Virus record (IMG/VR): IMGVR_UViG_3300028591_000076 | Coordinates: 32,001 to 96,000 of that record | Length of the DNA stretch: 64,000 bases | Direction: 5' to 3' (one strand) | Source: a virus | Taxonomy: Duplodnaviria > Caudoviricetes | Shown: in pieces, positions 48,491 through 58,810 of the stretch | Layout: the number at the start of each line of letters is the position of its first letter | Numbering within the stretch: the first letter of the stretch is position 1 | Notes under the pieces: generated by a model | Databases searched by the model: none | Told to the model about the DNA's origin: nothing | Seen by the model: the letters and a program-made list of their open reading frames with translations, nothing else | Translations under genes and position numbers: made by a program

Positions 48491-51133
48491 TTGAAAAGAT
48501 TTGATTATGAGTCAGTAAAGAGTCGACTTATTGCTAGAGCAAAAATAAACGCTGACTCAGCTACAATATTAGATGACTCAGCTTTTAATAATGTATTAGA
48601 CGTATTCTCAGAGGGTATATCTGAGGCTGCTAGATACCTAGAATATAATACTATGGAAAAGAAATGGACAAATGCTCAAAATATGCCATCTCTTACACAT
48701 ATGGGTAAACTTATAGGTAGAAAGCGAAAAAGACCTGTTTCGTCTATTGGTTATGTAGTTGTATCTCATACTGATGCTAATGGAAATAACAGACTTGCTA
48801 ACTATGGTAAATATTTTTTTGACTTAGACCAAGCATCTGATTACGATAACATTATACAAGAAACAAACTCAAATTATATTGAAAGATCAGCATTAGTACC
48901 ATGGACTTGCTCTGACGTATATACAATTCCAAAAGGAACTATATTTAAATCTGCGAATGGCACACAGTTCATATCTACACAGGCTGTATCTACTAGACTT
49001 CTTTCTAATGCTTATAAGGATATTTCCGCATCTAGCTCAAAACTTGAAGATTTTATATCAGCGGGTGGATGGGACGGTATAAAATATGTTAAAGTACCAG
49101 TAATTCAAGGTATACAAATTGAAACTGCATTAGGAACAACTAGAGGAGTACGCTTTGAGTCATTCGCGTTAAATGCAGAAAATGTGGAAGATGCATCAAA
49201 TACAATTTCTAAAAATTACTTTTCTATTGAAGTAACTCCTGCTACTGCAAATGCAAAAACAGAAGTTTGGGCAGAAATACCTAATATAAGACTCGCTGGC
49301 CCTTATGATAAAGTTTATGAAACTAAGCTATCTGAAGATGGTACTTTTATAATAATTAAATTTGGCGATGGAATTTCTGGATATATGCCGCCTAGAGGCT
49401 CAACTATAGTTTGTAAATATCTAGAAACATTAGGATCAAAAGGAAATATTGAAGCTACTGGCCAAATTCAGGATATGACATTCCCAACTGGCTATAAAAT
49501 GATTGACCCAAGAACTAATACTATAAGTACTTTCTTGTCTTGTACAAATATAACATCTATATCTGGTGGTAGAGATATCGAAGATGAAGATGAGTATAGA
49601 CTAAATGCGCCAACTTCATATTTGAGCTCTTATACAACTGCTGTTAAGTCAGCTTATGAAAAGAAAATTAAAGAAGCTAGTCCTGTTCTATTAGGAAAAC
49701 TAAAATGTTTCTCTGATACGAACTTCAATGCTAGCCAAATAGATACAACTTTTGATGAAAATGTTTATGATGAACTTGTTAATGAAGTATCAATTATAAA
49801 TAATACATTAAAGGTTACTGCTATTAGAGCTAATGGCAAAAAATTTGATAATGCTACAGTTGATGAAGAATTTATTAAACCTATCATTAAAACTATAGGT
49901 GATATTAAAGGACCAAATGATGCTATTAGTTATATTGAGCCAAACTTCATAAAAATATCGCCTTCTGTTAAGATAAATACTTATGACTTAAATACAACTG
50001 AAGAAGATATCAAAAATGAGGTTGCTACTTCTATTCAAACTAAATATAGTATTTTCAATACAGACTTTAAGACACCTCTATATGCTTCTGAAATTAACCA
50101 CTTGGCATCTATATTCAAATATACCGACTCAGTAAATATGTTTATTGAAGCGCTCGCTAATGTGTCATTTGACGAAGATAAAATTTTATTATTAAATACA
50201 GGCGCATCTACTAATACGGCCGGTATTTCATTAAAAGATACATCTTGGGATAATAGGTCTACAGACTCTATTGGTACACTTCTCGCTATACCTTTTAATT
50301 TTGATAAAGTTTATTCATCTAATAAGTATAAACAGGGATTTAAGAACTATAAAGTAAATAGTAGATACCTCTTAAAAGTTGACTTACACTTTATAAATAA
50401 TTCATCTAAAGAAGCTAATTCTAGAACATTCTTCTTATATGATAATAGAATTGATACCGCTAATAATACTACGCTAGAAGAAGCAAAAGGTATGACAATA
50501 GATAACATGCCTGTTGTACATAAAAACTCATTAGATACAGATATGAGCTCTAAAATTGGTATTTCTTCATTATGGTATCCAGATGAAACAAAAGATGATT
50601 TCAATAGACGCCAAGTTAGAATTGCTCAGTTCCCTTATATTACAAGTATTACAGATGAAGAGTTCATGAGTAAAGCTAAGTCTTGGACTACTACTCCATT
50701 TGAAAATAGGCCATTTGAAGTTGATGAAAATGGCGAAAAGAAACGTTATAACTCATCTGAAGTAGCATCAGACTTAAGACGGCCACTTACAGAGGGTGGT
50801 GACACATCTAGAATTTGTTATAAAAAGAATACTAACTGGATCCCTTATGTTGATATAGTATATAATGAGAATTATGAAGATTCTTCTTCAGTTCTTTATG
50901 CAAATGGATATTTTATCTTACCATTAAGTTATTTAGGTCTAAATAGTAGCATAAATACAACTACTGAAGCATTATGCTATAAAACTTTAAGTTCACTATT
51001 AAAGCAATTTATTGAACTAAAAGTTTATGCATTACCAGTACAAGATGATATTGAGCCTCAAAACTGGCAAGATATAGTATTCTGTGATGATGATGATATT
51101 AAAGTTGAACGTGTACTAAAATATAAAGAGTAA
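48491..51133 (+). CDS. Baseplate wedge subunit (T4 gp6 / baseplate J-like)
   Basis: FDYESVKSRL, TIPKGTIF, IKFGDGISG..P..G....KYLETLGSKGN and GGRDIEDEDEYRLNAP. Confidence 0.85.
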   Translation: MKRFDYESVKSRLIARAKINADSATILDDSAFNNVLDVFSEGISEAARYLEYNTMEKKWTNAQNMPSLTHMGKLIGRKRKRPVSSIGYVVVSHTDANGNNRLANYGKYFFDLDQASDYDNIIQETNSNYIERSALVPWTCSDVYTIPKGTIFKSANGTQFISTQAVSTRLLSNAYKDISASSSKLEDFISAGGWDGIKYVKVPVIQGIQIETALGTTRGVRFESFALNAENVEDASNTISKNYFSIEVTPATANAKTEVWAEIPNIRLAGPYDKVYETKLSEDGTFIIIKFGDGISGYMPPRGSTIVCKYLETLGSKGNIEATGQIQDMTFPTGYKMIDPRTNTISTFLSCTNITSISGGRDIEDEDEYRLNAPTSYLSSYTTAVKSAYEKKIKEASPVLLGKLKCFSDTNFNASQIDTTFDENVYDELVNEVSIINNTLKVTAIRANGKKFDNATVDEEFIKPIIKTIGDIKGPNDAISYIEPNFIKISPSVKINTYDLNTTEEDIKNEVATSIQTKYSIFNTDFKTPLYASEINHLASIFKYTDSVNMFIEALANVSFDEDKILLLNTGASTNTAGISLKDTSWDNRSTDSIGTLLAIPFNFDKVYSSNKYKQGFKNYKVNSRYLLKVDLHFINNSSKEANSRTFFLYDNRIDTANNTTLEEAKGMTIDNMPVVHKNSLDTDMSSKIGISSLWYPDETKDDFNRRQVRIAQFPYITSITDEEFMSKAKSWTTTPFENRPFEVDENGEKKRYNSSEVASDLRRPLTEGGDTSRICYKKNTNWIPYVDIVYNENYEDSSSVLYANGYFILPLSYLGLNSSINTTTEALCYKTLSSLLKQFIELKVYALPVQDDIEPQNWQDIVFCDDDDIKVERVLKYKE

Positions 51134-51137
51134 AAAT

Positions 51138-51165
51138 AAAGCGTCCTATTTATAGGGCGCTTTTT
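51138..51165. terminator. Bidirectional intrinsic terminator
   Basis: aaagcgtcctat/atagggcgcttt hairpin. Confidence 0.75.
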
Positions 51166-51169
51166 AATT

Positions 51170-51697
51170 TTAAAAATCATTATAATAATTATCTAAAATA
51201 TAATTTTCCCATTCGACCCGAATTCGCTTTTTTACTAGCTTAGACGCAAGCCTATTATCCTTATCATTTTTAATTTCCATAAAAAGCAAATTATCACTAA
51301 TACTATTTATAAAACCATCTTCAAGCTTATCGAAAATATTATACATTATACGTATAATTGGAAGTCTACGTTCTGAAAAAGAAGTTTGATACATGCATGG
51401 ACAAGAAATTAAATTGCCTTTAGAATAATAAGTACTATAGCTAAAATAATAATAACTACTAAAAGTAAATGGATATAACATCTCAATTAAGCTATATAAA
51501 CTATGTTCAGCTGATATTTCAAGAGTAGGTATATCTAAAACTTTTAAGTCTGATGTTAATACCCATGTTTCATTATCAACTGAGATATTACTAATAACAT
51601 CTTTTAGTATATCAAATATTGACTTCTTTTCTATACTAAAAGGCTTTTCATTTATTTCAGCTTTTTTAGATTTATAATTGTCTACTTTCTTTTCCAT
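51170..51697 (-). CDS. Hypothetical protein, C-terminal tag ILDNYYNDF
   Basis: 175 aa ORF. Confidence 0.65.
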   Translation of the reverse strand: MEKKVDNYKSKKAEINEKPFSIEKKSIFDILKDVISNISVDNETWVLTSDLKVLDIPTLEISAEHSLYSLIEMLYPFTFSSYYYFSYSTYYSKGNLISCPCMYQTSFSERRLPIIRIMYNIFDKLEDGFINSISDNLLFMEIKNDKDNRLASKLVKKRIRVEWENYILDNYYNDF

Positions 51698-51747
51698 AAA
51701 AAAAATAGCCCATTAAATAATGGGCATAAAATTAAACTTTAGCTAAA

Positions 51748-52257
51748 TTAAGCGATCTTACACTGACAGCTAGCCATAACCTTCATAGCAGCTGCATGTC
51801 CTTCTCCTGAAAGACCTGAACAGCCCTTTTCAAGAACTGTTACATCAACTTCACCAAGCGCTTTAATTGTGAGAGCATTTGAGCAAACACAAATTTCTGA
51901 GACTGTTCCGCAAATTGTTACTTCGTCACCAGGCTCAATATACTCATCCCAGGCCGTATATCCGAAATTTCCCTTATCAATGATAAGTATATCATCATCA
52001 ATAAGCTCTGCGAGTTCTGGTACGATTTCCCAGCCTTCTGACCCTTTTACACAATGCTTTACTGGAAGGTATTTTCCTTCCATAGTTTCCATATAATTTT
52101 CAGCATGAGTATCACGTGTAAAGATGATATTATCACCATTTTTCTTTGCTTCAATGAGTTTTTCCTTGATATAAGGAATTGTTGCAGCTGCAGCTGGATT
52201 TGCCAAAGCGCCCGTTACAAAATCTTTCTGCATGTCGATTACAATAAAATGTTTCAT
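51748..52257 (-). CDS. pncA: Nicotinamidase / isochorismatase-family cysteine hydrolase
   Basis: IDMQKDF, RDTH, HCVKGSEGW, DK and GTVSEICV; TTACATATT at 52289. Confidence 0.85.
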   Translation of the reverse strand: MKHFIVIDMQKDFVTGALANPAAAATIPYIKEKLIEAKKNGDNIIFTRDTHAENYMETMEGKYLPVKHCVKGSEGWEIVPELAELIDDDILIIDKGNFGYTAWDEYIEPGDEVTICGTVSEICVCSNALTIKALGEVDVTVLEKGCSGLSGEGHAAAMKVMASCQCKIA

Positions 52258-52355
52258 TTGTTACCTCTATAAAATATTCTTTTTATAAAATATGTAAGAT
52301 ATTTTAATTATGTATACTATTATATTTGAAATTAGAAAGTTTAAACTAAATAAAT

Positions 52356-53123
52356 ATGAATTACCAATTTTATAATGAAGACTGTTTTGAAAGAATGAAA
52401 AAAATAAAAAGTGGTACAATACCACTTATATTAACTGACCCACCTTATGGAATTTCGTTCCAAAATTTGGACTGGGATAATATACCGGATTATTACAACT
52501 TTCTTATAAAACTATTCTCGGAATTTAAGCGTATACTTACTGATAATGGTGCAATTTGGTTTTTCTGTGCGCCAACAATGATGGATATCATAAATAAAGC
52601 AATTTTGGATTCTGGCCTCATAAATAACTTAAATTTCTGGAAGTCTATCTCTAGACAAAAAGGTCGTGGGTCTAAGAAAAAACCAAAATCACAAAGAGAA
52701 GATATATTACTTATTACTAAATCTGATAAATTTACATTTAATAATTTATCAGATATCTTTAAGTATGATGAAACGGTAACTAATACACTAGACATTACTA
52801 AAGGTGAAGTAGTAAGGCCTATTTTTAATATAAACGATAAAGTTTTTTATTTCAAAATGCCTTATTATTTATCGACTACAGAGAAAATGTTCCATTCATG
52901 CCAAAAAAGTATTCTTCTACTTTACTCGCTAATAGTTAACTTTTCAAAAGAAAATGATACTGTTTTTGACCCATTCGCTGGGTCTGGATCTTGTGGTATT
53001 TCATCATTATTAGCAAATAGAAATTTTATAGGATGCGAATTAGATACAGATATGTATAATAAAGCGCTAGAATGGAAAAATAAATTTAATTTTGATACAT
53101 ATAGGGAAACATTTCTAAAATGA
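52356..53123 (+). CDS. DNA N4/N6 methyltransferase (beta class)
   Basis: TDPPY precedes DPFAGSGS..GCELD. Confidence 0.9.
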   Translation: MNYQFYNEDCFERMKKIKSGTIPLILTDPPYGISFQNLDWDNIPDYYNFLIKLFSEFKRILTDNGAIWFFCAPTMMDIINKAILDSGLINNLNFWKSISRQKGRGSKKKPKSQREDILLITKSDKFTFNNLSDIFKYDETVTNTLDITKGEVVRPIFNINDKVFYFKMPYYLSTTEKMFHSCQKSILLLYSLIVNFSKENDTVFDPFAGSGSCGISSLLANRNFIGCELDTDMYNKALEWKNKFNFDTYRETFLK

Positions 53124-53638
53124 ATATAGCAATAGACTTTTATAATAAAAATAAAGATTATAATAATTTTGATACTGTTATTATTATCCATAGTAGAGAA
53201 GACTATTATAATGTAAAACAACATTTAAGTAATTTTAATGAATTTAAGGAACATGCTTTTACAATAAATTGGAATAATAGCTTTTTTGATATTACGGTAT
53301 TTTCAAAAGCCAAAACTATTAAATATGCATCTACTAAGCTTTTAAGAAATGTGCTTGCGCCTTATGTTGTAAAAGACGAAAATGGTATACCTCAGCCTAG
53401 AGGATGGTTCTATGGAGATAATGGATTACCACAAAGATATACTGGCGTTTCTAATTCAATGTATTTCAGTAAAAGTACATGGGATAAGACATTTTCTGTA
53501 CCATTCCTATACTTGTTAACTCTAATGTTCACTAATTTAGATGATGCTATATCATCTAATATAGAAGATTATAGTGTCATATCTAATAAAAATAATGATT
53601 TTATGCAATATGCAGAACATCATTTTATTATTGAATAA
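53120..53638 (+). CDS. Hypothetical protein, possibly a decayed methyltransferase paralog
   Basis: ATGA-coupled to the MTase; LYLLTLMFTNLDD resembles the MTase LYSLIVNFSKEND; no catalytic motifs. Confidence 0.5.
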   Translation: MNIAIDFYNKNKDYNNFDTVIIIHSREDYYNVKQHLSNFNEFKEHAFTINWNNSFFDITVFSKAKTIKYASTKLLRNVLAPYVVKDENGIPQPRGWFYGDNGLPQRYTGVSNSMYFSKSTWDKTFSVPFLYLLTLMFTNLDDAISSNIEDYSVISNKNNDFMQYAEHHFIIE

Positions 53639-53707
53639 GCTGAAGATTTTTTAGTAAATTCACTAATTATTTATTAAATATATATTTAATTATAAGGAAG
53701 ATAAATC

Positions 53708-54628
53708 ATGAGTCTTGATATAAACAGATTACTTGATCAAATGGATGACGCTCGCGACGCCACTCTAAACTTGATAGACAAATTCAAGAAAATATCAGAT
53801 CTTGCAAAAGATTTTGATGGTACTATTGCAGAAACAGTACCCCTCCAAATTAAAAAAGATATTGAAATCATTACAGAACTTACAGATGGCCAGGGCCAAA
53901 ACTCAATTTCTAGCTTAATTTCTTTAATTGAAAATGTTCCAGTTGGACAAGTTAGAACACGTAGAGCTGTAAGAACAACTCTAGACCCACAAGCAGCTAC
54001 TCAAAATGTAAATGCTGCGCCTACTATTGATACTACGCCTGATACTTCTGGTGGTGTACAGTCCGCTGTTGCCGCGGAAGCTGCTGGTAATCCAGCTCCA
54101 GTTGCTGAGTCTACTAAACGTTCTAGCGCGCTTTCTGAATACCTAAAAGAAGGTAAAAAGAAAGAAATGCAAGCTAGATATATTGCTAATACTATAAATC
54201 TTGGACAAGTTCTTGAGGGAACACAGCAGGATTCTCCATATGGCAATAGTATGAATGAAATGGTAAGTCCTGACTTACATTATAACTTAAATAAAATTCT
54301 TGAAGGTGCTGGTGATGGCGTACAAGAAATCAGTAATGCATTTGATACTTCATTAAAGAGCAATATGGCTCAAATGCGTGAGTCAGTTGCAAGATTACAT
54401 GAAAATGATAATGCAGAGCCAACGCCTGATTGGAGAAAAGCTGCTCAGTCAGTACATATGAACGAGTCATTAAATGGATTTGATGGTATGTTTGGTGGAG
54501 CAAGACGTAGAAATAATGATGTTTCTGGCATGTCTTTCAGAGATATGTTTAAGGGCGGCATAGTTGACCCATTACAGAATGTAAATGTTGTTGATAATGC
54601 ATGGAATGATGGTTCTTATCATAAATAA
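53708..54628 (+). CDS. Probable head-associated or core protein
   Basis: Many h-x-E sites (VAES, LKEG, VLEG, MRES, LHEN, MNES); ACTAATT upstream. Confidence 0.6.
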   Translation: MSLDINRLLDQMDDARDATLNLIDKFKKISDLAKDFDGTIAETVPLQIKKDIEIITELTDGQGQNSISSLISLIENVPVGQVRTRRAVRTTLDPQAATQNVNAAPTIDTTPDTSGGVQSAVAAEAAGNPAPVAESTKRSSALSEYLKEGKKKEMQARYIANTINLGQVLEGTQQDSPYGNSMNEMVSPDLHYNLNKILEGAGDGVQEISNAFDTSLKSNMAQMRESVARLHENDNAEPTPDWRKAAQSVHMNESLNGFDGMFGGARRRNNDVSGMSFRDMFKGGIVDPLQNVNVVDNAWNDGSYHK

Positions 54629-54648
54629 TAGTTAAAAACCTAAAAATA

Positions 54649-54672
54649 AAAAGCCAGCTTTTAGCTGGCTTT
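54649..54672. terminator. Bidirectional intrinsic terminator
   Basis: aaagccagct ttt agctggcttt. Confidence 0.8.
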
Positions 54673-54678
54673 ATTTAT

Positions 54679-54933
54679 TTATAAATCTGAAAAATATTCA
54701 GGCTTATTTTTTAATGTACATGTAGCTATTTTTTCAAGTGGTACCTTATATGTAATTTCAGCATTTGAAGACCCTATATAAAGACATTTATCAGCTTCGT
54801 CTATAAATAGTTCTCCATAAGATAAACTATCGTATTTGTCTAAAAAATTTGATATATCCCCTCTAGCTATTAAATTCTTATATCTTGAATACGTACTATT
54901 GCCTGTCATATTTTTAATCTCGGAAATAATCAT
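54679..54933 (-). CDS. Small protein with Mtd_N-like GEL motif, C-terminal KPEYFSDL
   Basis: LSYGELFIDEADKCLYIG. Confidence 0.6.
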   Translation of the reverse strand: MIISEIKNMTGNSTYSRYKNLIARGDISNFLDKYDSLSYGELFIDEADKCLYIGSSNAEITYKVPLEKIATCTLKNKPEYFSDL

Positions 54934-55441
54934 CTATTTCCTTTTGTAAAAGTGACTCCTTTTCTGTTAGCTCTAATTCTCTTTCTATATCGTCTATGCT
55001 TACTTTCCTAAAAGCATTCTGAATAAATATATCGCCATTAGCATCTTTATAAAGCATTATTTTTGTAGTCTTGTCAAAAATAAATGAGTCATTAGCATAA
55101 TTATCTAAAATATCTTTAGTAATTTTTTCTTCAGTATAAACTGAAGAAGGTATTTTATAATTATAACCAGAATAAGTATATACTGGCGCTGTCCAGCTTG
55201 ACTGATTATAAATCAAGTTACCATTAAGATTGATAGAGCTACCTGTATTTGGGGTAGACGTTACCGAAGTAGAAGAAGTTATAGTAGACGTAGCTGCTGA
55301 GCTGCTAATGCCATCTACCATTAAGCTATTAGCTGTTATGCTTCGCACATATTCATCAATTGATAAACTATTATCTTCCGCTGATATAGCGTAATTATCA
55401 TCTAATGTATAATTCTTTATTTTTTCTCTAATAGATGTCAT
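54914..55441 (-). CDS. Ser/Thr-rich hypothetical protein, C-terminal tag QKEIDDYFRD
   Basis: ORF; FIFDKTTKIMLYKD weakly resembles its neighbour. Confidence 0.65.
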   Translation of the reverse strand: MTSIREKIKNYTLDDNYAISAEDNSLSIDEYVRSITANSLMVDGISSSAATSTITSSTSVTSTPNTGSSINLNGNLIYNQSSWTAPVYTYSGYNYKIPSSVYTEEKITKDILDNYANDSFIFDKTTKIMLYKDANGDIFIQNAFRKVSIDDIERELELTEKESLLQKEIDDYFRD

Positions 55442-55523
55442 ATAATGATATTAGCAGATATTAAAAATTTTTAGTTCGCTAACTAATTTTTTAAAGATAT
55501 AAAGAGTATCTTTAAGGAATTAT

Positions 55524-55970
55524 ATGGAAATAAAAATTGATAAAGCTTTCTTCACTAAGCTTATAGTAGTAGTTATTTTATGTATGATATGTTTTTGTTT
55601 AGGCAGATTCTTAAGATTTTCTGATAAGTCTGGCAATGCACAGAACTTAGTAGATGGAATAACTATAAGTCAAGAAACCGCTAAAAAGATGGCACAAAAA
55701 TTGAATATTGGTGAAGCGGCATTAAAATCTGCGGATTTATATGAAAAGGCTGTTATAGAAAGTCTAGATACCCTTAGTGAGTCTAATGAAAAAGGCCTTG
55801 AATGTATGAATATGTTGAATGAGGCCTTTATCGCAAATAAAAATATAACAGAAAAATATAAGTCATTAAAAACTGACGTTATTGTAAATGAGCTTAAAAA
55901 AGCACAAGAGCAAGCACTTGTCTATGAAAAGCTATTTAATGACTATAAAGCATTAGAGGAAGAAAAATAA
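55524..55970 (+). CDS. Membrane-anchored coiled-coil protein
   Basis: N-terminal TM followed by a helical segment. Confidence 0.7.
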   Translation: MEIKIDKAFFTKLIVVVILCMICFCLGRFLRFSDKSGNAQNLVDGITISQETAKKMAQKLNIGEAALKSADLYEKAVIESLDTLSESNEKGLECMNMLNEAFIANKNITEKYKSLKTDVIVNELKKAQEQALVYEKLFNDYKALEEEK

Positions 55971-56720
55971 ATGAAAAAATTAGCCTCAATAATATTATCT
56001 TTTATATTACTAAACTTTGTAGCTTCATTTGTATTATATGCAAATGAAATGGAAGAAGTTCATGAATTTGATGATATACTAGAAGAATTAAATTCTGAGG
56101 ACTTAAATGTAGAAATTAGAGAGCTTAATAGAATTACTAAAAAAATTACTGATAAATCTATTGCAATTTCTAAGGCTGATATAGAAGTACCAGAATTTAA
56201 GGAAATAGATGAAAACGCTGAATTATCTACAAGAATAAATGCAATTACTGATATGTTTATTATTTATAAACAGTTTAATTTAGATGTTTTAGAAGCTAAG
56301 GATATTAATGAACAAAATGCCTTAGAAATAACATCCTATGTTGCTGAGCTCTTTGAACATATGGGTAAAGTTTCCAAAATTATTAAAAAAATTGAAAAAA
56401 GTGCAAATGAAAATGTAAGTATTGCATTAGCAGAGTGGAAAAAAGTCGCTGAAGATAATGAAGCCCTTCAAAAACAGCTTGAAATAGACAGGGTACTGGC
56501 TGAAAAATTAGCAGAAGAAGTTGCAGCTTTATCTAAAGTTAAAAATAGAGTTAGAAAAGCTGCATATGTTGAGTTAGGAATTGGCTTACCAACTCTAATT
56601 TTAGGATGTTTACCTATCTGGACTGATGAACAAAAAAATATTCAAAACTTACTTTTAGGTATTGGTGGGTCATTAACTGCAGCTGGTGGTGTAAGCTTTG
56701 TTTTTACAATTACATTTTAG
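55971..56720 (+). CDS. Signal peptide, coiled coil and C-terminal hydrophobic hairpin
   Basis: MKKLASIILSF..; C-terminal LGIGLPTLILG and LLLGIGGSLTAAGGVSFVF. Confidence 0.7.
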   Translation: MKKLASIILSFILLNFVASFVLYANEMEEVHEFDDILEELNSEDLNVEIRELNRITKKITDKSIAISKADIEVPEFKEIDENAELSTRINAITDMFIIYKQFNLDVLEAKDINEQNALEITSYVAELFEHMGKVSKIIKKIEKSANENVSIALAEWKKVAEDNEALQKQLEIDRVLAEKLAEEVAALSKVKNRVRKAAYVELGIGLPTLILGCLPIWTDEQKNIQNLLLGIGGSLTAAGGVSFVFTITF

Positions 56721-56728
56721 GATAAAAT

Positions 56729-57286
56729 ATGAACACAAAATTAGATAATAAAATAATAAATGATAGATGCTTATTAAAATACTTACCTATAAATCAAGTA
56801 TATAATATCGTAAATGATTATGAATATGATTTATGTTATGAGGCGCTTTTTGAAAAAGGGTCGGTAGACTTATATGAAAACTTAAGTGACTGGTTTGGAA
56901 TATTTATATATGACTCAAAAGGTGAAAAGCATCTAGTTGGCCTTTTATGTACTAATGATAACTATCATACTGAATTTAAGTTAGAAGATAAAAATCCAAT
57001 ACACTTATCAGAAATAGAAATTGAGCCAAAATTTAGAGGTGAAAACTTTACAAACTCTAATAAAATTCATGCTTTTTCTAAGGCTATGTCTACTTGGGAA
57101 AAAGGCGCTAAAAAAGCTGGATATAACTTATTAACTTTACAAGCGCTAGATGAAACAAAAATTCCATTATATGAGCATGTAGGATTTCATAAAGTAGATT
57201 ATACTATATATAAACCAATTATTAAAGAATATGGACATGAAAAGTTCTATAATGAAGAACATCCATTTATGATTAAGGAAATATAA
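56729..57286 (+). CDS. GNAT-family acetyltransferase
   Basis: IHLSEIEIEPKFRGEN..LTLQALD..PLYEHVGF. Confidence 0.7.
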   Translation: MNTKLDNKIINDRCLLKYLPINQVYNIVNDYEYDLCYEALFEKGSVDLYENLSDWFGIFIYDSKGEKHLVGLLCTNDNYHTEFKLEDKNPIHLSEIEIEPKFRGENFTNSNKIHAFSKAMSTWEKGAKKAGYNLLTLQALDETKIPLYEHVGFHKVDYTIYKPIIKEYGHEKFYNEEHPFMIKEI

Positions 57287-57287
57287 T

Positions 57288-57902
57288 ATGACTGATGAAG
57301 AAATTAAACAAATTGAAGCAGACTTAGATGAATTATACAATACTAAAAAACAATTATCCCCTCTTACAAGATATATGTATGAAAATAATTGTGAATATAT
57401 CGCTAGTGGTACTGCTAGGTCAGTATATAAATTAAATGATGATAAAGTATTAAAAATCGCAAAAAATAAAAAAGGTATTGCTCAAAATAACGTTGAAGCT
57501 GACTGGGCTTTAAGAAATTATGGTATAATAGCCGACTGGTATGATATATCTGATAATGGTATTTGGATTGAAAGTGAATTTTGTAAAAAAGCTAAAAAGT
57601 CCGACTTCTATGAACTTACTGGATTAAAATTTGATTGGTTTCAAGAAGCTGTAAGATATAATTATTTCTATTTACACCCTTGTCGTTACTTTGGTGTTTC
57701 TAAACCAGAAGGATACGATGAAGAAGTAGAAAAGGAAGACTCCTTCTTAGTAAGTATAGAGTCATATATGGCTGATTTTGATGTTCCATTTGGTGACCTA
57801 TGTAGAATATCTAGCTATGGCATAAATCATAATAATGAAATTGTGTTAGTAGATTACGGACTAAATAGGTCAGTGGAAGAAGAATTCTATAAAAGAAAAT
57901 AA
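57288..57902 (+). CDS. Protein kinase-like protein
   Basis: IASGTARSVY, VLKIAK, QNNVE, GDL..SYG and LVDYG. Confidence 0.75.
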   Translation: MTDEEIKQIEADLDELYNTKKQLSPLTRYMYENNCEYIASGTARSVYKLNDDKVLKIAKNKKGIAQNNVEADWALRNYGIIADWYDISDNGIWIESEFCKKAKKSDFYELTGLKFDWFQEAVRYNYFYLHPCRYFGVSKPEGYDEEVEKEDSFLVSIESYMADFDVPFGDLCRISSYGINHNNEIVLVDYGLNRSVEEEFYKRK

Positions 57903-58322
57903 CTATTTTTCAACTAAACTTTTTTCTAAATCGGCTCTCTCAGATTTTGTTAAATAACTAACAACGCCTGTTAAATCATTATTATACATGTATTCTAACA
58001 TTGCATTTTTTATAGAGTCTTGCCATCCTGAATATAAATAAGCTGGATAATTTTGCTTATCTATACAGGGTCTCGTTATAGTAAATATATCCTTATCTGC
58101 ATAAACGCCTCGATATGCAGATGCTACTTCATGAAAATTATAGCCTATCTTTATTTTATTTTTAGGATAAGACATTACTTCATCAGCTATTTCTACTAGT
58201 AATTCTTCACTTAAGCTAATAACTATTACCCGCTTATGTTTTGGAGAATAATAATCCTCAAAAAAGTTATATAATTCTGATAAAAATAGAGCGGGATGAA
58301 TATAATATTTATCTATTGCCAT
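57903..58322 (-). CDS. Hypothetical protein
   Basis: Coupled ORF. Confidence 0.6.
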   Translation of the reverse strand: MAIDKYYIHPALFLSELYNFFEDYYSPKHKRVIVISLSEELLVEIADEVMSYPKNKIKIGYNFHEVASAYRGVYADKDIFTITRPCIDKQNYPAYLYSGWQDSIKNAMLEYMYNNDLTGVVSYLTKSERADLEKSLVEK

Positions 58323-58810
58323 TATTTCTTAAAATAAGAGTAAGGATTTAGTATATCAATATCTTCAGATAAGGAAGCTGATTTCTGAATAGCATCTTTA
58401 ATAGAAAAGTTTGCATCTTGAGCAACTTGCATAAGTTGCTTTAACTTTTCTTGTTCAAGAATTTCTATATTTCCATGTTCATCTTCTTTAAGCTTTACAC
58501 CATTAACTTCAAATTCACCTATTGAGAGGTCTCCAACAAATACTGCTGCGTCCCAACCTTCACTATCCGGATTTATAGCAAATGGTACGTCTGAAGTAGA
58601 AAATTCATTATCACCAAGATATAAAGTAAGTACTAATCTTTTTCCTTTAGACTTATCTATCATCCCTGATACTGGACTTGACCCATCGTCTTTTTTTATA
58701 TAAAAAGACTCTGTTATAAATGCATTTTTTCCTAAATGTTCTTCTGATACTAAAACTAAACGTGACCACTCATCACGTCTACATATATCTAATGCTTCTT
58801 TATATGTCAT
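58322..58810 (-). CDS. Hypothetical protein (ends PYSYFKK)
   Basis: Coupled ORF. Confidence 0.65.
   Translation of the reverse strand: MTYKEALDICRRDEWSRLVLVSEEHLGKNAFITESFYIKKDDGSSPVSGMIDKSKGKRLVLTLYLGDNEFSTSDVPFAINPDSEGWDAAVFVGDLSIGEFEVNGVKLKEDEHGNIEILEQEKLKQLMQVAQDANFSIKDAIQKSASLSEDIDILNPYSYFKK

Noticed and set aside
57903-58322. Possible third terminase-derived fragment (HPALFLSELY vs TPEEFLTEKY)
   Set aside because: Similarity is limited to about 10 residues with no Walker A; too weak without a profile search.
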